A DNA stretch of 57,753 nt, counting the filler, from Sluysia triapertura (lineage: Eukaryota), in NCBI GenBank assembly GCA_046118255.1. It is 4 parts of 4 records of this genome, joined end to end, with 100 filler letters (N's around TTAATTAATTAA, not from the genome) between each part and the next. Parts side by side here need not be neighbours in the genome. Positions count along the whole stretch, not along the records: positions 39,496 to 57,753 come from JBJNIA010161929.1; 3 more parts are not named here. One strand, 5' to 3'. Below are positions 39,496 to 51,633 of the stretch, piece after piece; position 1 is the first letter of the stretch; every line of letters begins with the position of its first letter. The position numbers and the translations under genes were made by a program. The notes below the pieces were generated by a model. The model did not search any database and was not told where the DNA came from. It was given only the letters and a program-made list of their open reading frames with translations.

Positions 39496-40202
39496 TTTAT
39501 TTCCAAACCATTTTATCAATTCAGATACTAGTTCTTCTGTTCTTTGAATAGTATTTTCTATGTTGTTCATTTTAAATTCAGTATATTTAGACGTTAATAC
39601 ATTAATGTAGTACTTATACTTCATCTGTATGTGTTGTTTTGTACAATACAAAATTTGTTACTCTCTTAAACACTCCATTGAAATTTTATATTTACTAAAT
39701 TAAAATAAGTGCACCATTTCTTCATTTAATATTTTTATATAAAAATTCGATCTTACCAATATTTTATAGCTGTGAAATAAAATTTTAAAATAATTAAATT
39801 TTCTCTGTAATACAAAAGTAAAATCACATAAACATGACGATGAATAAATACTTTCCAATTTCATAATGTCTTTTATATTAGATTTGTATTTTATATTACA
39901 CATTATCGATATAATTCAAAACGTACTTCTAAAAAATTTACAAATTTATTTATGGAATATGACTAACAAACTTTTAATGTTTGAATATATCAATAAACTA
40001 AAGTAAATATTATATTTAAATTTGAATCATTATCGTTTTATGTAGATTAATAATCATTACTTAAAAGATGTTATTAAAGTACAGTTATAATAAGATATAA
40101 ATAAAAAATTAGTTATAAAATAAATGTTATAGTATATAATAATGAATTTAAAAAATAAAATTTCAAAATTTCAAAATTTTAATTTTGTAACAATGAAATT
40201 AG

Positions 40203-41531
40203 ATGTATTTTTTGAATCGAAACATTTCCGCTTTATATCTAATTATTATTTTAATTATGGAGTTAATTAGCAGTTTAGAATATTGTGATGAAAATGAAGA
40301 ACCAGTTTTAGTGAATTTCACTAATTCTTCAATAAATTATATTATTAATATTTTAAATACATGGTTTAATTCTCAAAGTTCAGAGTTCAGTAGGGATGTT
40401 AATACTTATTATTACTTTATTCCTATTGGTTCTATAACATATCACCGGCAATTTCCAGGAAGTGGAAGAGATTTTTTATTATGTTTTCCTGATTATATTA
40501 ATAATCACAATATCATAGAATCATTTATACCATTTTTAATTTATCACAAAAGAATATTATCATTCCTTGCAATCAATAATGATGAAAATCAAATAAAGGA
40601 AATTAAATTTAAAATTGAAGAAAATTTATTTAATATTTTCATTTGTTTTTTACCAACTGCTTATTGTCATTGCAAAAAACCTAATTTTAATTTAATAAAT
40701 CCACCAGCAGATTTTATGATTTCTATATCAGATTCCTCGTTATCAGTTTTTAATTATTTACGCGATTGTTTAATTATTCGGAATATTATATTGTCAAATT
40801 TAGTTATTTTTAGATCCACCTTATTTTTCTTAAAGAAATGGGCTTGCATGAAATTGATTTATTCTAAATGGTTTTATTTAAATGGTTTATCCTTAGCAAT
40901 TATGCTTACTTATATATTTCAGAATAATATACCTGCTAATTCTATTTATGGAAATTTATATCTTTTTTTTCGTTTTTTCACAGAATTTAATTGGAGTCAA
41001 TATTGTATTGAATTAAAGCATCAATATCATGATGACGTAGGTTATGCTAATAGTAATATAAACAACGAACGTGGAGTTATGAATGTTTTAACACCCTCAA
41101 AACCAACCAAAAATTGTTTGAAATATGTTTCACAAGTACACTTAAATAGAATATTAAATTTGTTTCGTGAAGCATTGTTTGAATTAGAAAAGTCTGATTT
41201 TGAAAAGTCATATTCAGTGCACTTTCAACAACCACTAAGTTTAATGGATTTTTACCATTATTTTCTGCAAAATATTTATGTATCTAAACAACATGTACAA
41301 CAAAGTTCAAATTATCGTATAATTATTATATCCTTAATTGAATCAAATAATTCTTTATTTTATCGAAATGATTGTGATTTTTTCCATTTTTGGCGTTGTA
41401 TAAAAATTAAACTACAACAATTAATGTTGAAATTTCCTCTGTTGATATTTTCATTACAATCTTGTAATCAGAAAATTAAAAAAAACGAGAATAGTTTTAA
41501 AATGCCGTCACATTTTGTTATTTACTTGTGA
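40203..41531 (+). CDS. Divergent canonical-type poly(A) polymerase homologue, intronless, predicted catalytically impaired
   Basis: FRSTLFFLKKWA....IYS..FYLNGLSLAIML, FFRFFTEFNW and MNVLTPSKPTKNCLKYVS..L..I...F parallel the PAP central domain (FR..LR..K.WAK...IYSN..G.LGG...A.L, FF..F..W.W, MPIITP.YP..N...NVS). The NTase motif reads IGSITYHRQFPGSGRDFLLCFP. ORF 41515..41697 may be a frameshifted or spliced C-terminus. Confidence 0.82.
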   Translation: MYFLNRNISALYLIIILIMELISSLEYCDENEEPVLVNFTNSSINYIINILNTWFNSQSSEFSRDVNTYYYFIPIGSITYHRQFPGSGRDFLLCFPDYINNHNIIESFIPFLIYHKRILSFLAINNDENQIKEIKFKIEENLFNIFICFLPTAYCHCKKPNFNLINPPADFMISISDSSLSVFNYLRDCLIIRNIILSNLVIFRSTLFFLKKWACMKLIYSKWFYLNGLSLAIMLTYIFQNNIPANSIYGNLYLFFRFFTEFNWSQYCIELKHQYHDDVGYANSNINNERGVMNVLTPSKPTKNCLKYVSQVHLNRILNLFREALFELEKSDFEKSYSVHFQQPLSLMDFYHYFLQNIYVSKQHVQQSSNYRIIIISLIESNNSLFYRNDCDFFHFWRCIKIKLQQLMLKFPLLIFSLQSCNQKIKKNENSFKMPSHFVIYL

Positions 41532-42774
41532 AAATATTTCTTTCAAACCAATTCAGAATTATTTTGATAATACACAAAAAAATTTATTACGGCATGATAT
41601 TGATTTTATTATAGAGCCAATTAAAGATATTAACAGATTGTTATTAATGAATTTGGATCATTATTTATTGATTTCGAAATTAATTGAAACAATTTAACTT
41701 TTAAATTATTTGCTTGTTTTCATTAATACTTCAATAACTGTACTATATATTATATATTTTGGAACTTTATTTGTAAATGTCAAATTTTACTTTACTTATA
41801 CAGCTTAAATATCTTTCATTTATTTAAGTCGCTTTTAATCCATTTAAAGGATGAATGATATTATTTTGACCATTGTGCTTTCATTTATATTAACCTTTTT
41901 GATATAATTCTTAGCGATATAAATAATTTCCTTTTAAATCTGAATTATTTTTGGATTAGATTTATTGAAATAAAATAATTAAATACGGTTATTGAAATTT
42001 AATGGAAATATTTTTACTGATTATTTTATTAAAAAATTTTGGCTTTTGATTATTATTTTGTTATAAAAGTGTTTATATGTAGATAATATTTTGTTAAACT
42101 AAAAATAAATGCACTTTTTATTGACTTAAATATTCTATATAAATTGAATTGAATTAATAGTATGTCGATAATGAAATCTGCTGATCAATGTACACTTTGT
42201 AAGTAAAGTTTTGTTCCGGTTTAATAAAAGCAAAATTTAACGTTTAAAAAGGTTCTTTGATTAGAAATGATCATAATAAGCTTTAGAAATATTGAATTAA
42301 ACAAATCATACCTTGAGGTGTTGCACTTTAAATTGATCTGCATATTCCTGTTGACCCTTTTTGCTATTAGTATTCCTCTTAGATTTTAGATCATTTGTGA
42401 CGAATCCTGTAATTATTAAACTTATATTTAGCTACATTTTATCAGTAAATAGTATGGTACGAAGTAATGTGGAAGACATATATATAACAACAGTAGTTTT
42501 TTAATACATCTCACTTAATAATTGTTGAATAATTATTAAAAAAATAATACATTTTATTAATGATTATACCCTTTAATTTTATTATAACAAAATATTTAAT
42601 TATCATACAAACGACATTTAATTTGAAAAAAGTAATTTTAGGTATGACAGAAATATAACAACACATAGTTTAATAATTAATTAACTTTAAAATTAAATTT
42701 TTTTAATATCTCCTTAAGGCTGATTTCTTTTCAAGCAGAAAAAGTGGGTGCTTTCAAATCCTTTACATTGTCAA

Positions 42775-43075
42775 ATTGTTGGGATTGCCCAACTGTAGAT
42801 CAGAAGATGAGTGATAAATATGAACTATTAAATGAAGAGAAAACTGATAAAAAGTGATGGATTGAACATGGTAAACATTATTGGAATAAGAATCATAAAA
42901 ATAAAAACATCTATAATAATGTTAAAAGCTAAAGAATACTTTGGAGTTCCAAAGACCTTGTGGGATATTGAGATGGACTTGAAAAACCTTTAGAACTTTG
43001 GAACCTTTAGATCATTTAAGACCTTATTAACCTTTGAGTATTCTTGAAACCTTGATAAGCATCTAAGATCTTTGA
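42775..43075 (+). repeat. Interspersed repeat family A, copy 3
   Basis: Homologous to 38930-39310 and, in inverted orientation, to 3760-3900. Confidence 0.9.
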
Positions 43076-43285
43076 TTTAGTTGTAGTTTGATATCTCCGT
43101 TATTTATTTTAATTAATTATTTGTCATAATTAATTACCATATTATAACATTTAAAAAATTTTGTAAGGTTATTTACAGTAATATTTTTTATTTTTTTAAT
43201 ATAAATTTCCTTTAACAAAGTATAGAAGAAAATGAAAGAAGAATGCACACATAAAACTTTATTCTTAATTATCAAATCGAAAAAT

Positions 43286-44157
43286 TTAGAATCCGAAGAT
43301 TTTTTTGTGCATCCCAGTCAGCAAAGCCTCGAGTTTTACATCTAAAATAAAATAAGTAAATAATTTATGAATTTGATAATAAAGAAAATTAATTACATTT
43401 ACCACGATATGTAAAATATAATATATGTAAAATATAATATTCTCTATCGGTTTGATTAATGGATCATTGAAAATTCTCATTTTCATATGATATAACTTTT
43501 CGGTGTCGTGCGCTATGTTTGATTCTGTTATTTCTTTACGAATTGATTCGCGTTGTGATAACATTATATACATGAAATACATTAATATGTTATATTTACC
43601 ATATATACTATCTCGTTTGTATGATTGCCAAACGACTCCTTTTAACGTTGTAACAAAGCGTTTTACATTTACACATGGATTATTGTGATATATATAATAT
43701 TTAGATCATGATCATTCAGAATAAAACTAATCTTTAGCTCAAATTGGAAATTACACCTGAAACAATTTTGTAATGTAATCATTATTTCATCATAATTAGG
43801 GAGATATTTTGAACTATGTTCCATTAACACTTGATATTGAGATTTTATAATAGTTGTCACAGTAAATATTGAATTAAGAAATTGTTTTAAATTGTCATAT
43901 ACATAAACGAATATGCCAGTAATTGGTACTTTGACGGTATATTTCATTTTACTAAACCACTTTGTTTACCAACCAAGATCATGCTCAATTTTTGACTCTG
44001 ATGACCAGACTTTTTTTATTAACAATGTTTGACTGAGCATAGAATTGTTATTATCTTCGAAAACTTTGGTATGATCAATTAAAGAAGCATCAGTAAAGTA
44101 ATTAATTTCAAAGATTTCTACATCTTGCATGTTTATTTTCTTTAACATTTTTTTGTC
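43286..44157 (-). pseudogene. Unknown coding-like region interrupted by stops
   Basis: ORFs 43966..44148 and 43669..43947 share a frame and are separated by one TAA (W*TKWFSKM); 43286..43582 follows in another frame; AG acceptor-like site near 44157. No family recognised. Confidence 0.35.
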
Positions 44158-44561
44158 CTAACAAAAGTTGTAATTCGTTTTATAATAATTTTTTATTCTC
44201 TGTAATTTTTATTCTTTTCATTATATTTGTAACCAAATATTATTGCCTTATTTATTGTACAAACGAAAAGTCTATGTATAGACACAAAAATAATGATCGC
44301 TGATTGGCAAATTAATAACAGTAACAAAATCAAATAACAAGGATTGGACAGACTATATTAACAGCAATATTGAAAATTGAGTCACGCAATTGCGATGAAA
44401 CATAAAATTAACCACTATCGATGATGTCAGGATACATGTATAGTAACTACAAATGTCACCATCGATAGTGGCAATGATTTTGACGAAACAGCATAAATCA
44501 AAATGTAAAATTTAATGACAAAATAAAATAATAGCAATAATAATGATAATAACCACATTTA

Positions 44562-44639
<78 letters not shown>

Positions 44640-44640
44640 C
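44562..44640. repeat. (ATT)n microsatellite
   Basis: Seen directly. Confidence 0.95.
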
Positions 44641-47204
44641 TTTTGACATTTTTGTATATTTAATAAACATAATATTTAATTGTGCTATATATTTATAATA
44701 TTATAATAATTATATAATATATACTCTAAAAACTGTAGTTACTTAGTAACAAATTAATTGAAAAATTATTTTTTTAAAAACAAATTCAGTTTGTAGTAGT
44801 AAACAAAGATTAATGTAAAATCAAAATTGAATAAAGTAAAATTTAATTTTCATTATAAAGAAATAAAATGCTTGACCTTGTAATGAAATATAATTATAAT
44901 AATAATAATGATTATAATAATGATAATAATAATGATTATAATAATGAAGCAAGGAAAAGAGAAATTTAAGTAAGTATAAAAAGAATAGGTTGTTGTGGAC
45001 CCTCGAAGCAAAACACTTGTACTAATTGCTAATAAAGGATTTTAATGATGATTTTTCTAAGGTTCGTTAAAATGAACCTGAATATACAGTTGTTAATTAA
45101 CGAATTCAAAAATAAAGGAAATTAGGAATAAATATATTAAATCAATTCAATAATAATAAATTTATTCAGATTATTCTAACTAATAATCTTATGTAAAGAA
45201 ATTTTAAAAAATGATTTGTCTTTGTTATTAGTTTAAATGATGACCAAATAGAGAGATTTACATTTTGAATAAGAATTTTAAGATATTAAAATGTTGATTC
45301 AAAACCTTATAAAATAAAACTAACAAAACTCTTTTAAATTAAGACGTGTGATTGATTTGACTTCACCTCCGTAGGAAATTTAGAAGCTTATTAGGCTTTA
45401 TCTTTATCAACTATTCTGTGAAATTGATTTTAAAAAATTATGCTTGACATAATTTAAACAATCATTATAAATTTAATTTATACAAACACAAATTAATTAT
45501 TTAAATTTAATATTTTACTCGTTAGTTTTATTTTAATAATTTTAATTTAACAATATAAGATAACAAATAATTTACCAATACATGTTTATCCAGAATTAAC
45601 ATCAATAATTTTTTGTGCTATCTGCGAAATAATAATCAATAATTTGTATATTTAATAGTCCAAAGTTTTAAATGAAGCACATATAAATATGAAACATAAT
45701 AATAGCACATATAATACATACCTTATCAATTGTTTTATCTTATTTAAAATGGATGGTCTTTTCAATCAATGTGGTTTCGATTTTTAATGATTATTTACTT
45801 CGAAAAATTCATCTGATTACGAATTTTAGATTAAATCAAAAACAATCGAGAGTACTGAATACTTATTATTATTCAAAACACAAATAACACAGTCAATATT
45901 TTATAAATAGTTGTAAATTATTCTCTTCATTACATCGGGGGTTAAAAAACTCATTTAAAAACTATTTTAAGTATAGTTTAGTATTTATATTTTCTCTAGT
46001 AAAAACAACGTGGAAAATTGAAAGAAAGCAAAACATTAAATCCAATTACAATTTGTGCCATAAATCAGCTTGAAAGTTTCCATAAAACAAGATGGAGAAA
46101 ATTGTTTTAAAATCATTACTCTAAATGTTTAAAATGGACCCTACTACTTGTCATTATTTATGATTAACTGTGGCTACTTATCTAAACCGGCATCTAGTAA
46201 CAGGGGAGTAGCATTTTAGAATATTTCAGAAACTTCTTTTCTATTTTTAGTAAGGAAAATAAAATTAAAAATTCCTTTTTAAAATATTAAGATAAATTAA
46301 TGTTGTTAGTTATCCTTTTTATAGTTGTTTTTGTAGAATTAAAAGGTTGTGATAACATAACAACAATAATAAATATTTAAAAAATTATATGAATTTTATA
46401 AAATTAACTTACTCGAGAACTTTTAATTTGCCAAATATTATTAATCAAATGTCCAATAAAATGTACCAGAATAATAAATAAACAAAATACATTTTAATTA
46501 GTAAAATATTGACTACTCAATAAAAATTTAATGATAATTATAATAATACATGTGCATACACCCCGTCTTTGTCAATATGACCAATTAATTTTCGAATTTC
46601 TCTAGAATTAATTTTATTTCTTATTTAACTCTATGCATACAGTCTTAATCTATTATTATATGGCCGATTTAATTTGATCACCTAATTTTGTGTATGTTAG
46701 TGCTGATTTTTCATTTCCATTTTATTTTCTGTATATTGTGTACATTTCGTCATGTTAACTTATTTTTTTCAGGAATAATTTTTATTTCTTATCGAAGTAT
46801 GCTCGATACTTTTCAATATATGTATGTTCTGATTTATTTTCTATATTCATGGGAGTACGTAGGCGAGTAAGTACCTGTATCATCTTTTCTCTATAATATT
46901 TTATATTTAAAATTAGTTTATAGGTTTTCACATTAATAATAATAATAATGTTAAATTTCTAACTTTATACGAATTTGAATGTCTGAGTTAATTTATTTAA
47001 TTTTCGTAAATTTTGTCTTTTAATTGTTGTAGAACAAATATCTTTATAATTATTTACCTGTAAAATCCTATAGTAATCTAAATCTTAAAAGAATAACTTC
47101 TAATGTTAAATATCCTTTCGTAATCTTAGCATATAAAATAATTTCAATATCACACAATTTTCTTGTCATCTATTTGGTTTGCCAATATTTCTTTATATTA
47201 GTTA

Positions 47205-47744
47205 CAATGGCGGCCAAATTATTAGACTAAAACAGGAAAAATATGTTTTGTTTGGCTTTCTTAATATTTGTTACCCTGGCTTGGAAACTCTCCAGACATG
47301 AATCCCATAGAAAATCTGTGAAAGATTTTCAAAATGAGAGTTTCCATCCATAAACCAACCACCAAGGCGGAACCTGATAAAAGTATGACATTGTGATGGC
47401 AAAAACAATGAATTGTGCTCAATCTCATTCCTGGAATGCCTTTAAGGATCAGAAATTAATGGATAACAAAGTACTGATACAACAGTTTGTACATATTTGA
47501 TTTGTAGTAAATTGTGTTATCACATCTACATGAATAAAACTTCTGTATGTTTTGGATCTCACTATTTTTATCTATTATTTTACTTTCACCAGAATTTTTT
47601 TGAGAAAGTAGTTATTTTCCAACATTTTACATTTTCTGTGACAATATTTTTATGCCCTTTTGATTAATAGTTTCATAGTATCCTTGAAAAGTGTTGAATT
47701 TTATCACAAAAATGGTCTTTAGTCTAATAAATTGGCTACTACTG
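47205..47744 (+). mobile_element. Internally deleted Tc1-like transposon, copy 2
   Basis: TA + TIR CAATGGCGGCCAAATTATTAGACTA ... TAGTCTAATAAATTGGCTACTACTG; encodes WLGNSPDMNPIENL* (Tc1 WPxxSPDLNPIE motif). Confidence 0.92.
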
Positions 47745-48203
47745 CAAGAGACTTCTCACATATCTCAAACTGATTTAGTACAAATTTATCAAATAACTTT
47801 CTATTCAATTTAATTATGTTTCTTCTATTCGTTCAAAATTGATTTCCTTTATACAGGCTAAGTCTGAAGGTGTGGTTCCATATTCTATAAACTACAGTTG
47901 TAAATTCCACTTCCTAAACCATTTAATAAATAAAAGACTTTACTTAGCCACAAAAAGTAAAAGGTTTAAGGAAAATTTCATTTATTTATTTCAGTAATAA
48001 AATTGTATAATTTTTTGATAGGAAAACTATAATAAAATAATGCACTTTGTAAATTAATAATTATAATAATTCTATTTGATCAAATATGGTAGAAGTGTAA
48101 ATCACCAATAAATCAAAATTTATTAACATTTATATACATAGTAATTATCGCTTTCCTACACAAAAATTAGTATAAAATTTATCCACTATTTATTACATTA
48201 ACA

Positions 48204-48768
48204 CAGGCGTGCACAATCTTTTTCGTTGCGCCCCCATTTCGGCGTATTTATTTTTGGCGTTCCCAACTTATTAAAAAAATCATTACGCCACTATAAAAAA
48301 AACTTCATAAATAAAATAAACACCGTTTTAATAACAAAATGTATTTTTCTGTTTCTTATAAATTAAATTAATTAAATATTATGAAAACAACAGTTCTAAT
48401 TCATTAGCAAAAATAAAGAAAAATTAACAAAATTAAATTTTAATTCTTTATATCAAAAATGTAATATTATGTGAAATATTAATAGCTGCTATTTCGTGAT
48501 TGTGATAGCAGTGTCTGCTAACGTTATTTTTAATTAACAGCTAAAAAATACCAGAATACCAAATAGTGCACTTTATGAATTTGTAAGTATATTTGCTTTG
48601 AAATTTTATTCTTGATGATTGTTTTACATTAAGAACGTAAATTATGGAATTAGATGATGGAATTACTTGAATTAGTAAAAAACAACAAAAAATATTCAAA
48701 GAAAAAACAACTTTGTAAAATCTAACAATTTTAAAATTTTTAGCCCCCCATCCGGGAGCGCGTCTTTG
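48204..48768 (-). mobile_element. hAT MITE family B, copy 3 (inverted)
   Basis: Begins CAGGCGTGCACAA; interior is the reverse complement of 12285-12791 and 21051-21597. Confidence 0.9.
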
Positions 48769-48897
48769 AACTAAAGTAGAGTTAAATAGTTTTATCTTAG
48801 TCCAATATTTTAACTATATTGTTATCTCTTTTTGTTGTCATACAAACCAAGATAAAAATCATTTTATAAAAATTCATTATCATTATCATTATTACAG

Positions 48898-49124
48898 ATG
48901 AACAATAAACCATCATATTTACCTAAATTCGAATCGGATTCTACGGAACCAATATTTGGAAAAAATGACGTCACACAAGAAAAATTAATATCACGAAGAC
49001 AAAAGGCACAAGAATATCAAAAAATTCAAATGGAAACAGCAGAAGACAAAAAGCGTAGTTCTTTGTTGAAAAAGATGGAAGAACAGAATTTTGAAGAAAA
49101 AGTTTTGAATCGAGTTAAACAAGA
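48898..49124 (+). CDS. CCDC81: Coiled-coil domain-containing protein 81, penultimate exon
   Basis: Acceptor TTACAG ends at 48897; NKPSYLPKFESDSTEPIFGKND resembles the CCDC81 'NKP..LP.FE.DS.EPIFGKN' segment; phase-2 donor GA|GTTTGT at 49125. Confidence 0.85.
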
Positions 49125-49321
49125 GTTTGTTATTTATTTGTGTAACATTTATAAGTCTCGTTAAAAATAGACGCGACGTAATTTTTTTAGATAATATAGT
49201 CTCAGAGATATTATTAATAATTAATAAAAAGAAAAATAATTATAACACACTTAAATATTGATTATATTAATGTGATTAAAAAGTAAGAGAATATATCTAT
49301 AGTAGCTATTAATTCTCTCTC

Positions 49322-49343
49322 TGTGTGTGTGTGTGTGTGTGTG
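49322..49343. repeat. (TG)n microsatellite in CCDC81 intron
   Basis: Seen directly; a similar run lies at about 10917-10935. Confidence 0.95.
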
Positions 49344-49585
49344 TTATTAATCAAGGTATAAAATCATTTTTTTTTGGTTACATCCTTGATGATACACAAA
49401 AATATTTTAATGAATAAATAGATATAATAAAAAATGTTATAGTACATTAGATTTGTTACCTAAATATTCAAAGATGTTTTGAAATAAGAAAAAATACTCA
49501 AATATCAAAGTATTAAGAAGCAGAAAATATGTAATCATAATAAATAAATAATCACAACTTTGTTGAGCACTATTTGTTAATTCAG

Positions 49586-49853
49586 TTTGTTAGAAGATAG
49601 AGCACGACGTTATGAAAAGTCTGTGGAAGCTAGATCCAAATTAGAAAATGACTGGGATGTTGCTTTAAAACAGAAAAAAGAACGTGATGTGGTTGAACGA
49701 TTGAAACGATCAATGGGAGATGAAGTGCTTGTACATGAACAATGTGATAAGTATCGACGGTGTTTACAATGCAAGCGAGAATTGGATGATCACGGATCCA
49801 GTAGCATTTGGAAAGAAACGTATTTCATTCCCGGTTCCAGATATATTAATTGA
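49586..49853 (+). CDS. CCDC81: CCDC81 terminal exon
   Basis: Acceptor TTCAG ends at 49585 and keeps frame with the phase-2 donor (GA+T = Asp); EQCDKYRRCLQCKR....G.S.IW....IPGSRY* matches the CCDC81 C-terminus. Confidence 0.9.
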
Positions 49854-49985
49854 AGTTATTACTTGATAATTATTTGTTTTTGACAATACAAATCAATATG
49901 TATTGATTTGATCAACCAGAACTTATAGTCCGTCACAAGATTGTGCATTCTACTTTTCGAATAATTTCATATTATATAATGATTT

Positions 49986-50306
49986 ATGTATAAAATTCGA
50001 AATAAATTACCAAAATTAATAGAAATTATTGATTCTTTTTGCTTTAGTTATGACAGTAAGAAATATCCAACTAGTAGTTTTATAATTCAACGGAAGTTTC
50101 AAAATTGTAATAATGCACGTGACAAAGATTGTTCTTTATATTTAAGAGATATTATTAATCGTAAAACTTATAACCATAATGTACCAACGTCACTAAAACA
50201 TGGAGAAATTAATTATACTTCTAATACCAGTAATAATTTCGGTTTTGTTAACCATAAAGCTACTAAAACAGACTTAGTTCAAACAAAATTACGCAACAAT
50301 CAATAG
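49986..50306 (+). CDS. Unknown ORF, possibly the 5' part of the 50419 gene
   Basis: 106-aa ATG ORF; the frame stays open for about 42 codons past the TAG and overlaps the start of the next ORF. Confidence 0.35.
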   Translation: MYKIRNKLPKLIEIIDSFCFSYDSKKYPTSSFIIQRKFQNCNNARDKDCSLYLRDIINRKTYNHNVPTSLKHGEINYTSNTSNNFGFVNHKATKTDLVQTKLRNNQ

Positions 50307-50418
50307 TTACCTATTATACGTCATAAACGAATACGATCTTATTGTACATATAATAGATTAGTAACAAAAGATTTACTTAACCTTACGAATGGACATCAAA
50401 ATTCATATTTGAATAAAA

Positions 50419-51633
50419 ATGAAAAAATTTCTTAAAAATTATAATAAATTTTTAAAACTATTTACAAAAGAATTTCAGTTGGAATATAATTTTAAAAATG
50501 CTGATGATATTGAAAACATATTAAAAGAAAAATTTTCCAAATTATTAAAACCAAATTCTAAATGTGTAACGAAAAGTATTCAAGTAAAGATAGAAACAAA
50601 ATCTCAAAGTATTGGATTAAATTTATTAGATCAAAATAATCAACAATTAACTTATTATTCGATTTGTATGACAAATGAATTAATTAATTTATTATTATAT
50701 GATATAAATAAAAAAATCATCAATTGTATAACGAATGAACCAGTTAAATCGCCAAATATTGACTTAATTGATGTTAATCAAGAAATATTTGATGTTATTT
50801 GTAATTTATTATTTAAATTTTGCAAAAAATACTTAAAATTTTCTGATGAAAATTCGAATAAAATATCAGAATATAGTAGACAGAAAGATACATTTAATGA
50901 CAACCGCATTAATATACCTAGTATTTTTGAACCAAAATATAAATCAAACTACTATTGTGACAGTAACATTGTTTTATTTCAAATATTTCCCTATGGTGAC
51001 AAATCGTCAATGCTTTTTCATCAAAGTGTATTAAAATATTTTATAATTAATGAAGCCATAGAATTAACTGACGATTTATTATTGATGACAATATCTTATA
51101 TCGACGGAATTGTATCGTGTACATCAATTTCCAATTTGTTTTTGTGTAAAATTTTCAGTTTTTACTGTGTTTATTTGAATTCAGTTACGTATAACATTAA
51201 AATAGTACACAACAATGATTATATCGGTAAACTACGATCAATTAGTTGTCCAGCTTTATACATTGAATACTTACCAGTATTTGAGGAATTATTAAATTGT
51301 TGTGATTCTTCGCATTCAGTTAGTTTTGACAAACCATTCGAAAACAACAATAATGAAGGTAAGGATGTTAATTTTTTCGATGAGTCCGAGTCAATTTCGA
51401 ATGATATCAAAAAATCTGATTTAAATTTTAATATTTACAATAATTTCGATAATACTCATGTTATGAAATCAAACCATACATTCGAAAATATTAATCACAA
51501 ATTGAATGACATAAACAAACAAACAATTTCAAACAATGAAACCAATTATTTATTTTTAAGTCGTAATTCAATAAAATCGGTTTTTAAAGCATTTATGTTT
51601 CCATGGTTTTATATGTACAATCGAAAAGTATAA
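50419..51633 (+). CDS. Uncharacterised 404-aa protein
   Basis: A 1.2-kb stop-free frame is very unlikely by chance at this AT content; no domain recognised. Confidence 0.65.
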   Translation: MKKFLKNYNKFLKLFTKEFQLEYNFKNADDIENILKEKFSKLLKPNSKCVTKSIQVKIETKSQSIGLNLLDQNNQQLTYYSICMTNELINLLLYDINKKIINCITNEPVKSPNIDLIDVNQEIFDVICNLLFKFCKKYLKFSDENSNKISEYSRQKDTFNDNRINIPSIFEPKYKSNYYCDSNIVLFQIFPYGDKSSMLFHQSVLKYFIINEAIELTDDLLLMTISYIDGIVSCTSISNLFLCKIFSFYCVYLNSVTYNIKIVHNNDYIGKLRSISCPALYIEYLPVFEELLNCCDSSHSVSFDKPFENNNNEGKDVNFFDESESISNDIKKSDLNFNIYNNFDNTHVMKSNHTFENINHKLNDINKQTISNNETNYLFLSRNSIKSVFKAFMFPWFYMYNRKV

